DNA of 64,000 nucleotides from Antedon mediterranea (Eukaryota > Animalia > Echinodermata). Made by a program: the position numbers and the translations under genes. Under the pieces are notes generated by a model. It was given only the letters and a program-made list of their open reading frames with translations, was not told where the DNA came from and did not search any database. The DNA is taken from NCBI RefSeq assembly GCF_964355755.1, contig NC_092680.1, forward strand, positions 9,176,001 to 9,240,000. The letters are read 5' to 3'. Below, piece after piece: positions 1 through 11,556 of the stretch (position 1 is its first letter; every line of letters starts with the position of its first letter).

Positions 1-144
1 ATCAACAACATAACAACAGTTGCAATAATAGTACAATAATGACGTCATTAGCAGAATAATTAAAAAATCATTTATGTAAATAATGATATCCACCATCATC
101 TTTAATAAAGATAACAGTTTTCCTTCAGGGTTTAATCTTTTTAC

Positions 145-222
145 CTCTAAGTCATACATTGTGTTTTGTTCTAGTTGTCGAATAATTTTGGTTGAAACGC
201 GTTCACTGCTTTCTATTTTAAT
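145..222 (-). CDS. FN3 gene exon IKIESSERVSTKIIRQLEQNTMYDLE
   Basis: ttttcag acceptor and gtaaaa donor; 78 nt, phase 0/0; FN3 LxxNTxY motif. Confidence 0.7.
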
Positions 223-3200
223 CTGAAAATGTAAATGGAACAGGATATTGTTAAGAACATCGTTTTTTAACTGTAGTATCAACGGTGGAAAATATATCGA
301 GTCAAAAGTTGTTTACCAAATTCTTCATAAATGTTATGTCTGTTTGTTACGCCCAAGGCAACCATAACGACCAATATCAGGCCCGTAGCCAGGGGGAATT
401 TATGGTTAGGAAGACCCTCCTCCCCCCTATACAGTGAACACCCATCCCCGACATGCCCAATACCTCACCCTCATATCTGAAAATCCTCCAAATACGTGCC
501 CAAACCCCCATCCCCCGCCCTTGACAGATCCTGGTTACGGCTCTGAATGTCCATGCCCATGATTACTTAAGCAACAGTTACCAAAACGTGCTAATAAAAT
601 CAACATATTAAGACCCAAATCAGTTAAAAACCGTTATACATCGATACCATATTCCTTGATATTTAAATCTTAGAATTGTTTAATAATGATTTTTTATGTT
701 GCAATATCATCAGAGTATAGACGATGCCTTTTACCATTAAAGACAAAACCGACGGGATATTGCGTGAGGCGGCCAACATCTCGACCCGGGCCTAACCCTA
801 AGTATTTGAGCCAATACTACATTCTAATTTTATATAATATTTTTCTGTGTTGTTTTACTTCTTTTGTGTCATTAATCTGTTTCCGATCCACTTTCGATTC
901 ATTGTCATCGTTCAAATATCCACGTGGTGCGGTTCGTATGGAGATAGTTTGTGTGTTTGTTCCAAGTGGCCTTAACCACGATATGAATATCTCGCTTTCC
1001 TTTCCTGTGACCACGCTAGAAACATGGACATCTGCTGGGGCGCTTGGATATTGTGGATCTAGAAATGTAGATGTTGAATTTGTATATTTTTAAAATAATA
1101 ATTGATGGCATTATTTTACCAAAAGTGTCACAATTTGTATGCTTTTCTTTACAAGGCCTATGCCCATCAAAGACTTTTTTTATTATATTTTGAAAGTATA
1201 TATTGTATTATTACTGAAAAAGATTGCTTGAAGATTTCATGTTAAACGTTTACAGAACAGTACAAAATGTTATTAGTTTAATTAATGTAGGTGACTGTCG
1301 CCATTTTAATGACAACAATTGAAATGCTTGACCCCTTCTAGATCGAATTGTAGAATAGAACCAGCTAATATCAATACCTTTTTGTTATGTAAAGACATTT
1401 TTAGAAATGATCAAACAGCATTTGGATTGAGTGGTGATGATAGACCAATCGCTAAAAACAAACTACTACTCATTTAATTTACCTAACGTGGAACAATATT
1501 CGTAGTCGTTTGTCTCTCGGTAGCAATCTAAAAATAAATAATAAAGCTGATTAAAATGTAATTATTACATAAACGAAGTTGAATTGCCTGCATACAATAA
1601 TATAGAGTATGCCATTTGGATGATAAAACTTTCTTATGTTGGTCCGTGTGTAACAAGCAATTTATGTACGTTAAAGAATGCAGTTTTTCACATTCAAAAA
1701 ATGAGTTTGTTTCCAACTTCGACGCATGTACATTGTAATAACTATGCACTGTGATATTTTGTACTCAACATCGGGAAACAATCGATCCATAATAACTAAT
1801 ATTAATTGATCAATCACTGTAATGTATATCACCAACTTACCTAAATACCGGCGAAATACTCTCCACTCTTGCTCTTAATCAACATACCCATGCCTAATTA
1901 TCTGTTACGCCTTGGCTTATTACATTTCTGTTTCCGTACTTTCGAGTATTTATTAAACTATATATAACAGTAAACTTAGCTATAGACTTAGTTGTGTAGT
2001 CATGGAGGGTTTTATACCTTCATGCTATACTACAACACAACACGAGTTTTACCTACCTACGCCTGTAGAATATAATTGAGTACCATCTTTAAGCATCTTA
2101 ACATGTTTTTCTTTGTTAGCAAGCCTAATCTAAAAATAAAATATTGTATATGTTATGTAATTTATAATATTCATCCAACAGAAACAGTTATTAAAGCGCG
2201 TATATAAACATTGATATTATGTATATGTTTCTTCTTGCAATGATTGATGATATAGACATTTACAAATATAAAACAACTGTTTTTGTAGAATACATCTGTA
2301 AAGTGTATTAGCCTAAACAAATGTACAACTTCTAATTCATAAAAAAAACTTACCTGAAATTCATAATGATAATTATATTCTAATGGAGTTAATATTATAC
2401 TTTCATTCCCCTGAAATGAATAAGGAACTAGTTAGAATTCATACACTTTTGATCAATTTATATGAATTTACATATACTTAGTTAGCAGTTATACGTGCAA
2501 TGGACGGGCACTACGATAAATTAAGTGCATGTTCTAGAAATAGATATGTGTATATGGCACGTCATTGTGAGAGCCTTACCCCGAGGAAATATAATCCCGC
2601 ACCATCATGAATAAGTCTAGAAATTTATATATCACAATTTCTATTATTTATTCATTTAAGACTATACCTATCTATTTTTTGAAGAAATTGACATCGGCGT
2701 CTGCCATTGCAAGTTTCTTACTGAGTTCTTCAACATGTCTACATTCTTGATTATAGTCCAGTTCCCTTTGTATTTTCGTGTGCAGATCATGGGGGAAAAT
2801 GTAACATTGTGTTTAATGAATATTTAAAGCATGCTGGTTATAAAAACCCATGTTGTCAAATTTCTAAAATTTTCTGGAAGTAGGATTTTTGACATTTTTT
2901 ACCTTTGAACTACATGTCATATAACTCTGTAACTAACAGTTGAACACACTTTAAATAGAGCTCTGAAATTAATCTAAAGGTATATGTTTCTATTCAGTCT
3001 AATAAGAACTTTTCCAAGAAAATGACCCCTATTGACCTGTACTGGTAGTACATATTCCTATATCGTAAAAGGTTTTTTGAAAATTTTATTTAAATTGTTG
3101 TTAAATTGTTAAACATTTTATTTGTTGTTATATGTTGTAAAATAACAAAATTTTATAAAAATATAGGCCTAAATGAATCCTATTTATGATCACTAACTTT

Positions 3201-5561
3201 GTTTGTTACAGAAATAAAATATATATTTGCTGATTTTAAGCACTTAACGTGAATTTATCTGAATTATGCGTATTTAATATATAAAATTTTATTTTTTAAA
3301 TATAAACGAAATTTATCTATCGAATAAGATAATTTTCAAATTATTTAAGGCTAAAACTTAGATACAGGAAAAAGTGTAATTTTACTTATGTGAACTCAAT
3401 CTTAATTTTTTTCTAAAAAAAATACCACATTTTTATGTTGTTTCATAAACTGAGCTGGTTATAACTTTTGTTTAAAGATGGTTCACAGTAACCTGTAATT
3501 TACATACCACTAGAAATTTGACAACATGGGGTTTTTATAACCAGCATGCTTCAAATATTCATAAAACACAATGTTTACACTTTCCCCATGATCTGCACAC
3601 TAAGGTACATAGGGACTGGACTATCAGTGTCTGTACTAGTCAGACGCAGAGTGACGTCATTAACTAGGCTACCAAACTTTCGAACACAAATGAAAACGAG
3701 CAGCAAGAATGTAGACGTTTGAAATCTGGTTTGATAAACAGCCTTAGTTTTATTAACTAACTTGACTAAATGAATGAACCAGGCTTGGACATATGCGGTA
3801 ATCATTGAAAGAAATTTAAAACACTTAATTACAACATAGAGATCAGATTCAGTTAATTCACACTTTGGACGTTCTTTTGGAGCTTCGATATTGTAATCCA
3901 CAACGTATCCGTCAAAATCTATAAAAAAAAATTAATAAAAATAAAGTGGTAAGTTTATATATTATATAATGCTGATACCCAAAAGGAAACCTTTTTTTTT
4001 TGTATTTGCAAGAGATTTGTGTCAACAAGAAAACATCTTTAACGATAGTGTGTTACGGCGCTGACTCTTTTTTTTTCAATTCTGTAATTACAGACACAAC
4101 TCTATTTATTTATTTCAACAATATTTTACGAGGGTGGTCCATCCAGCCGAAGCTGATCAACTAAGATGATATCAAATAATCATTTTATAAAAACAATAAA
4201 ATTAAATGAATTTTAGTTACTGCAAATAATATATGTTTCAATATATTGAATTCGTATTTTGATGTTTTCAGGTTTCATAAGGCGCGCCTAAAACATGTGT
4301 GTAAAATCTGGACAGCATTAAGCCAAACAATTGCAGCCAAATCGGGTTTTGTGTCTCAGACAAAAATTCGATCATGGTCGATACACGGATGTCCATATAG
4401 ATTCGAACACTTATCGCTGTCATACTATACCCTTTGCTTTCGATCCCCGTTTTTGATATCTTGTCTATGGATTTTGTCGGGTAAAAAAGGTTAAACTCCA
4501 AGGAGGCTATCCAGTAAGGGTGTCTGACCAAGCTCTTAAATTCTTAAACAACGTTTACTGTGGACGAAAGGAACATTCTAAAATAATTAAATTTAACATA
4601 CCAATGTCAAAATCCGGTTTTTGCCATGACAGAAAAGCTCCGAGTGTATAGCTAATACCTCCATTGATTCCATCATTTCTAACTTCAACAATATAATCCA
4701 AGATGACTGTTGTTTTGTTAGGCCCTAGTTCAAATACTGCGACAGAAAGCTTGATTAAGTTTTCTTATATAGACTATGGCTTAGTAAACTTTATCAAACT
4801 TTTATTTGCAACTGCAAATTTCTTGTAGTACTAACTAGTAGAAGTGCTTAATACTAACTATAGGAAACTTTAGTTTGTAAGTTCCAAATTTGGCAAGATT
4901 TTCCAGCCGTTCACAAATAAATCTAGTTGGCAAGTTCTTGACAAATTAGTTTTCTGAGGTTTTTTAACTCAACAAATTAAATAGCAGTCTTTAGTCAGTG
5001 TACAGGATAAATTGCTACTGTTTCTTAATTTCTAAGTTTGCAAACCTCAGTTTGTCAAGAAAGTGCATGTCTTACTTATGAAAAGTATTCGTCATCTTAC
5101 CAAGGGTTGGCAAATCAATCTTTCTCCAGTTTGAAAACCTCAGTTTGTCAAGAAAGTGCATGGCTTACTTATGAAAAGTATTCGTCATCTTACCAAGGGT
5201 TGGCAAATCAATCTTTCTCCAGTTTGCAAACTAAAGTTCTTGATACACTAGGCAGTGCATCGTTTGGACAAACTTTGCCTAACATTTCAAAAGTCAATAG
5301 CATTGTTTGTAGTCATGTACCTAAGAGGAACAGCAGCATATACTCTAGAAGAGGACTATGTCCAAGTAGCATCACAGATTCCGGAGTTTGCGAAAGAAAC
5401 GTTTAGGGAAGTTTGCTGTGCAGAGATGTACCACATTACAATATACTAGTTGAAATGTAATATTAATTGAAAAAATGCTTACATAACCAGTCAATATCGC
5501 ATTTAGGAGACACTACGGTGCATGTTAATATGATCCACACAAATGGCCTTGCAGAGTCCAT
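145..5561 (-). CDS. Multi-exon gene (or pseudogene) for a fibronectin type III repeat, probably extracellular or receptor-like protein; continues off the left edge
   Basis: Phase-consistent GT-AG exons on the - strand: 5561-5483, 4736-4602, 3918-3833, 2410-2354, 2129-2057, 1527-1483, 1058-~859, 222-145. The joined peptide has FN3 hallmarks (LSWQKP..FDGYVVDY..LTPLEYNYHYEFQIR; PSAPADVHV..IFISWLRP..IRQLEQNTMYDLE). The first exon and the donor at 859 are uncertain. Confidence 0.65.
378..545. mobile_element. Short hAT-like MITE, an internally deleted relative of 43231-44290
   Basis: Termini caggcccgtagccagg / cctggttacggctctg; flanks aatat / aatgt (5-bp TSD, 1 mismatch); internal sequence shared with about 43310-43370. 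Confidence 0.75.
859..1058 (-). CDS. FN3 gene exon (D)PQYPSAPADVHVSSVVTGKESEIFISWLRPLGTN...
   Basis: tttctag acceptor at 1059-1060; FN3 A/B-strand pattern PxAPxxV..IxISWxxP. The donor is uncertain: gtaaaa at 858 keeps the frame open, while reading on hits TAG at 819-817. Confidence 0.6.
1483..1527 (-). CDS. FN3 gene linker exon DCYRETNDYEYCSTL
   Basis: ttttag / gtaaat boundaries; 45 nt, phase 1/1; joins both neighbours in frame. Confidence 0.65.
   Translation of the reverse strand: MATERQTTTNIVPR
2057..2129 (-). CDS. FN3 gene exon IRLANKEKHVKMLKDGTQLYSTGV
   Basis: ttttag / gtaggt boundaries; phase 0/1. Confidence 0.6.
2354..2410 (-). CDS. FN3 gene exon GNESIILTPLEYNYHYEFQ
   Basis: tttcag / gtaagt boundaries; 57 nt, phase 0/0; FN3 LxxxxxYxF pattern. 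Confidence 0.7.
2754..3623. mobile_element. Non-autonomous TIR DNA element (MITE) with ~110-bp imperfect TIRs and TA at both ends
   Basis: tagtccagttccct...atgttgtcaaatttcta (2754-2865) is the reverse complement of tagaaatttgacaacatg...agggactggacta (3510-3623). Confidence 0.85.
3833..3918 (-). CDS. FN3 gene exon DFDGYVVDYNIEAPKERPKCELTESDLYV
   Basis: ttttttatag acceptor; FN3 C-strand GYxVxY; donor gtaatt is probable. Confidence 0.65.
4602..4736 (-). CDS. FN3 gene exon FELGPNKTTVILDYIVEVRNDGINGGISYTLGAFLSWQKPDFDI
   Basis: Open 135-nt exon, donor gtatgt, phase 1/1; LSWxKP motif. The acceptor coincides with the MITE terminus. Confidence 0.65.
4737..5423. mobile_element. Probable MITE with an internal 93-bp tandem duplication
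   Basis: Left end ctgcgacagaaagctt versus right-end reverse complement ctgcacagcaaactt; 93-bp units start at 5035 and 5128 (partial at 5221). No clear TSD. Confidence 0.55.
5483..5561 (-). CDS. Candidate first coding exon of the FN3 gene, MDSARPFVWIILTCTVVSPKCDIDWL (signal-peptide-like)
   Basis: Acceptor tttatag at 5574-5575, donor gtaagc at 5482; phase 1 matches exon 4736; hydrophobic core FVWIILTCTVV. Confidence 0.45.
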
Positions 5562-7867
5562 CGTATTTGACTGCTATAAACAAAATAACAGTATTTGGGC
5601 TTTAAAACATTTTTTATTAAAAACAGTGATACAATTAGAATTGGTGACACATCAAAGAGAAATCGAGCGCGTATAATAAAAAAATACTAAGTTACGTCAA
5701 CTCATGGCCAGCGCACAAGCATTGACATAACCGGCGCATTTACCTTAGTGTCATAGAGTACGGTATGCAATAACAATGTGAATTGTAAAATAGTTTTAGT
5801 AAAATTCCCCTTTTATTAGCTCGGACAGGCCTATCTAGTCAATATATATTCAAAATCGGTATCACAAACGAACGAATGCGTTATTATTTGCTGTAACGCC
5901 ATGAACGACATTTGTTGGTACTTTATATAGAGTTAAGAACGTTTTCTAAACAACTTGCATTAGTTTTTCTATTCTGTTTGAGTAAAAGTATAAATCAATT
6001 GAATATCACTTAAGTGTCACTAGGCATCACTGGCACTTTGTGATTGTGGTAAGAACCCTTTCTCTCTCCATCCTCTTCATTATAAATTATTTAAACAGAT
6101 TATCGTTGGAATAAAGCAGATTTGTTTGCTTTCATTTCAGTCTCTTCACAATCGTAAGAGACTCGCGGTAAGTTGTTATTAAAAGGTTACCTATAAATAT
6201 TCCTAAGAGTAACATTAACATTTTGTAATATTTAAAAGGGTCAATAAACAAAATGAGGACATTCTTGATAACCAACTCCATTTTACTGTTATAAGATATA
6301 ACAGACTGTTATTAAACCTTAATTATAATTCATAGTATACACATAAGTCTATGCATAAATTACAGGTTCACATGGAGTAATAAATATTGTTGATAATGTT
6401 GTGGGGGAGGGGAGAATCTAGGTGTGGAAATTAAGTAATGCGATAATCATGGGAATGCTGCAGCGGCTATAGTGATCATTTGGCCTATAACATGAATTTT
6501 ATATGTCATAAACCTCATACAAGTTTAGGATGATGGTATGATAATGATTACCTTTGGTTTAAAAATTACAATTATTATACACGTCATTAATATATTATCG
6601 TAGTCATTGCTTTTGCAATATTATACTTCCAATAATAATTTTCTGCAATGGGTCATAATAATGAATTGTTCTCTTGAGACGCGGTACTTAATATAAGTAA
6701 GATGCACTATCTTAATTTCGGTATTAGAAGCATATGCATTTTACAGAATAATTAACACTAGAAGGGATGTACCTCATTAGCGAAAAGCAAAATACCGATT
6801 GCAAAATTGGATGTCATGTAACTGTACTAAGTAAGTATTGTAAATTATTAATTTATTTATTCATTAATTTCAGATTAGAAGGAAAAGAAACAATCACACG
6901 TAGGCTATAGTTCTACCAGGGAAGAGTTATCTTCCCTGGTTCTACTAAATCCGCGAAGGGCATAGGAGTGGCGGAAATAATCCTTTAATCTCCTAAAATG
7001 ATACCTCAGAAGTCGTTACACTTTTCTGCATGTACCAAACTTCACTTGTTAGGTCCACTGTTGATTAGTCTAGAATCATTAGGCCTATACGTATAGTTAC
7101 GAATTAATAATTAGGTATACAGTAGCAATATGAAATTCTCATCATACTATAATTGCAACTGACATGTTGGGGAGGGGGGGGGGAGAGATATGCCGTTCAA
7201 AACAATTCTTCCATGACATACAACTATCGAGTAAGATGAACGTGAGACATGGAATGAAACACTAAACTATATATACACCTTGCCTTATCTAGAGATACAC
7301 TTAAACTGAGCTTGATTTACCCATGGATTAATATTATTCCATGCTTTACTCAGTACTAACAACATGAATTCCATAATTAAGATTACTATTGATATAGGCC
7401 TACTACCGTACTTATGTGTTGAGAGGTGAATACTCCTAGTTGAACCGGTGAAAATCTTCCATCCACACCCTCTATCCTGATTCTGTCGTAATATTAAATT
7501 GCTAGAGGTCAACTATTTATTACTTTTACTATAAAATGCCCAGTTGGCCCGTGAATGAAAACAAACGTCGATGCTGGTGGAAACTGGTGCTACTATATTA
7601 TTAGGCTATTGCTGAATTTAGATGAAAACCTGGTGTAAATCCATTACGTTAATATTATATTCTCAATGTAATGTTAATTTTATTTTTAAGTATATAAAGT
7701 GTTTTTTAACAATTCCGTAAATGGCAGTAAGTTGAATAAAACATGTTAGTGTTATATATTATACATATTTGACAACAAAATTTGAAGAAGGCACAATTAG
7801 GGCATATTACTTAACTAAGAATATGCGAACAATCTTTACAACTTTAGGAGTCTCCACCCCCAGCAGT

Positions 7868-8005
7868 AACAAGGCCATATGGCTGCAGTCGCGTGCTCAA
7901 ATTTGAGTTAGTGTTTACCGACCGACCAACCGAACGACTATCCGACCGACCGACCATCCGACCGATATAGTGAGCTGCAGAGTCGCGTTGCACGCACGCG
8001 ACTAA
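7868..8005 (-). mobile_element. Small Helentron-type non-autonomous element (HINE/DINE-1-like)
   Basis: On the - strand: 5' ttagtcgcgtgc..acgcgact (subTIR plus IR), (ggtc)n microsatellite, 3' subTIR gcacgcgact, hairpin gccatatggc, then cttgtt. Confidence 0.65.
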
Positions 8006-8635
8006 ATAAAAACCAAAAACAATTAAAAAAATGACGTTTATAAAAAGGTTTGGAAAATACTATTGGAACGGTCTGAAAACGAATATAGTAATAGACTCAC
8101 TAAAGATAGTTATTATTCTTAGTAATTAGTAATCAAAGATGAAAGGAATGCAATGATGTAGGCCTATAAAATGAAATAGGCCAATAAATACAGTGCATCA
8201 TGAAGGTGTGTTCAAGCATCACTCACTTTCTTGTTAATTAAAATCAAATTTACATTAAAAAAATACCTAAATAATGTATTAAAACAAAATTTGAAATGTT
8301 AAATCTACTTACAATCTATGATTCGTTAGGTAAGCTGCGATTTATAGGCCTAGTAGTACTGCGAACATGAAAGAAGTAGTGATGCAGAATTTGGACGTAT
8401 GACACCTGTTTGATAGTAGGTCTGCTTATCTCTGGTTTTGGGTATCGTATTGGTCATCGAACATAATCAACCACCACATTCACCAGGAACAAACTTGATT
8501 ACATCACTGAACAGGAAATGACCAATCAACACAAAGGTTGATCCACGATTTTGATTGAAGTAACGTCACGGGTGAAATTACACTCTTCCCTGGTATAATT
8601 CTTCAGTAGATCATCAAGCAGTGGTGGCGCTATTA

Positions 8636-8968
8636 TGCTTGGTTCTCACTAGAGACGCAACACAACGACGTAACGCAATGTAATGCTTGGTTCCCACTAG
8701 CGACGCAACACAAGGACGTAACGCAACGCAAGTGAATTGACCAATCACAAGCGATGGCTTATTCGCTTGTGATTGCTAACTGTCTATAACTTCGCTTGTC
8801 ATTGATTAAAACGCTTGCGTTGCGTTTACGTCCTTGCGTTGCGTTCTAGTGGGAACCAAGCTTAAGGGATTTGACCAATCACAAGCGATGGATTTATTCG
8901 ACTGTCAACTGGTCAACTCGTTTGCGTTGCGTCTACGTCCTTGCGTTGGTCCTAGTGGGAACCAAGCT
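8636..8968. mobile_element. PIF/Harbinger-type MITE with a second copy of the same family nested at 8684-8862
   Basis: TIRs gcttggttcccactag / ctagtgggaaccaagc; outer TSD TTA, inner TSD TAA; a degenerate relative lies near 20778-20900. Confidence 0.85.
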
Positions 8969-9179
8969 TTAGTGATTCACTCCGTCGGTCAACAACTTGT
9001 GTAATTGAACAATTTTGTTGGAGATAAAAACATTAAGTTCGTGTTCATTGTACCTTTGATATCTAGTAACAAATATAATTATGTATAGCATGGAAAATCG
9101 TCCTAGGACGCAACGAAGGACAACGTACAAGAAATCCGCGAGGATCGATGTTTTATCTTATCTCGTATATTGCCTAGAG

Positions 9180-10494
9180 CCCGCCGTTCCGCAACGTTAT
9201 GGGTCGCGAAAAAAAAATTGATGGGTCGTGACATTGTTTCCGATACCGAAATTATTTCCGAAACTTTTCATTAATTATACACGGATCTATATGTGAAATG
9301 TTGTCAGCTAGTTTTGTAGAATCTACAACACTGATTACATTTTACATCTACAATTTGTCCCTATGTTGACGTTCGGCGAGTCCGTAGCGTACACACAATT
9401 GGGAATCGACGACGGGGCAATGGACGCTTTTGACGCATAGTTCTGTTATTATACAAGTGGGGAATCCCCTTTTAGGACATGGATTTAATAACCTACCAAG
9501 TGGTTCTACGAAGCTATTTTTCTGTAGTTTGCAAAGGAGTGTGTAACTCATTGTACTGGCGGTGGGAACTTTTACAATGAAGTATATTGAAAATATTCTT
9601 TTTTCCAACAAACCAATAATTAGTAAAAATTAACCTTGACAGTTTCGCTGTCCTGATCGGTAGAAATAATTATTTCGGATTATTTCTGAAGAAGCTGTCC
9701 GATCAGGACAGCGAAACTGTTAAGGTTAGTTTTTACTAATTATTGGTTTGGTAAAAAGAATATTTTCAATATAGGCCTACTTATACCTACAAACCAGATG
9801 AACATTTTCAATCATCTTTTACAATGAACATTAGAATAATAAAAAGAACAATATAAACAGGTCCATCACAAATTACACGAGTCATAGCGATGTTGTTCAG
9901 GCGCCCTTTATGGTTTGGGAGAACCCCTTGACGTTAGCATTGAACGCAAATGTGGTTACCGCCGGCGGGAAAAGTAGCAATCATGGCTACTACGATCGTT
10001 TTGCCAATTGCGAGCGCGCTATTCTTAAGAGTGTCATTTCCGGCCAACTAGAGGTGCCATTTATCATAATTTTTACGTGCGAGGGTACCATTTCCAGCCA
10101 GGGGTGTCATTTAACAAAATTCGCTTTGCCACAGGCCCCATCATGGGTAATTGTGCATTTTTGATGTGCTGACAACAGGCCTAACGATAGTGATTGTGTA
10201 TACAGATCATGACTATGTATTAATATGACGGCGGTAGTTTCGAACCCAAGCTAACGCTTAGAGTATTCGAACAGAGCATTACCCGTTACACAAAGTACAT
10301 GACTGAGCAGCTGACAATAGTCTATTTATACGTACTTCATATTACGTAATTCATTGTTACGTCATAAATATATGCATGACCGTCAAAGCTGTTTATATCT
10401 AAGATATCTAAGAGGTGTTTCTGTAAGATCAAATACACAACCAAATCCGAAAATTAGATCATGGGGTCGCGGTCAAAAAAGTTGCGGAACGCTG
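9180..10494. mobile_element. hAT-like non-autonomous element
   Basis: Ends ccgttccgcaac / gttgcggaacgctg; subterminal gggtcgcg motifs; gcctag-containing flanks on both sides (imperfect 8-bp TSD). Confidence 0.6.
9583..9773. repeat. Long palindrome with ~75-bp arms, probably a nested MITE
   Basis: tatattgaaaatattctttt..cagtttcgctgtcctgatcgg is mirrored by ccgatcaggacagcgaaactg..aagaatattttcaatata. Confidence 0.85.
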
Positions 10495-11198
10495 GCCTAG
10501 CCCCTCCTCCTACATATACATAATGTCAGGAAAATTAGCTCCTCCTACTGTTAACGATAATTAGCTCCTCCTACGTATAGATGATGCCAATTAGCTCCTC
10601 CTATTGTTTTGTTTTATTCTTATAGGACTATATTTAGGGAAATTGCCAAGGAAGGATAACCATAAGCGGATTCATCACTATCCTAAAGATGGCAATCCCG
10701 TTCACAAGAAAACATGCTCTACATAAACAAAATCCCTACTAACTTAAATAACAATAATTAACTAATATATAATGACAATTAGTTCATCCTACTAAATTAT
10801 AATGACATAACTCCTCCTACTAATACTATCTTAGATTAACGACGGATAATTTACTCTTCCTAAAGAAAATGAGACATCCAAACTGAGAAATTATCCTAAC
10901 GATAGAGGGCTCACAATATACAAATCGGCACCACCATTCATTTCAATTTTTTCGCATAGAGACGATTCATCTACTATTTGACTACACTGTAGAGGATTAA
11001 TAATAGCTAGGCCTAGGCTTCCCGCCATTACGGATGGCTGGACGGTGTTATTACCCGCTTAATACAGCATATTGCTATATTTTTGCTATGAAAAACCATT
11101 TCACAGTAAGTAATATGTGGCGTTATATTATTAACAAGTACATTTGATAAATAACTAAACGTATACTGCCACGAGTACTGGGAATAACAATTTTGACC

Positions 11199-11349
11199 AG
11201 AGAGAGAGAGGGCGAATGAAGTTGCGGAGCCGACTGGTCCTGTATGTGGTGTGTTGATTCTTTGCTCATTGCTGCTATGTGTTGTGTAGGCCTAGCTAGT
11301 CCTGGACTAGCTCTAACGGCGTACCTAGATAGATCGAATGTGTTTTACC
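11199..11349 (+). other. ASH1L: Probable non-coding first exon and promoter-proximal region of ASH1L
   Basis: GC-richer block starting at an (AG)6 tract and ending at donor acc|gtaagt (11350); next acceptor ttttgcag ends at 11527. The TSS cannot be determined. Confidence 0.5.
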
Positions 11350-11556
11350 GTAAGTCTGCAATACTGTGATATTTAGTCATCAAGTGCTTTGTAGTAGTGC
11401 CCTCGCTGATAAGCTGCCACCTTCTGCAGTGTGATTTGTGACTGTTGTGATATTTTTACAGTGTATCGGAATCATATTACTATTAGAATTGTTTTACCCT
11501 TGAATTCCCTTATTTTTAGTTTTGCAGGTAATTTTGCCATATGAAAATGTATAAAC

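Noticed and set aside
686-1093. 135-aa + strand ORF
   Set aside because: Antisense shadow of the - strand FN3 exon; no recognisable motif.
1841-1957. Possible extra - strand exon with a strong gtaagt donor
   Set aside because: Stops in all three frames, and not needed for the phase-consistent model.
2580-3725. Idea that the 2754-3623 MITE interrupts an exon (an in-frame LQWQTP appears after removing it)
   Set aside because: The rejoined frame ends in a stop, and exons 3833 and 2410 already join in phase without it.
5038-5406. 122-aa ORF with a 31-aa repeat
   Set aside because: Produced by the 93-bp duplication inside a putative MITE.
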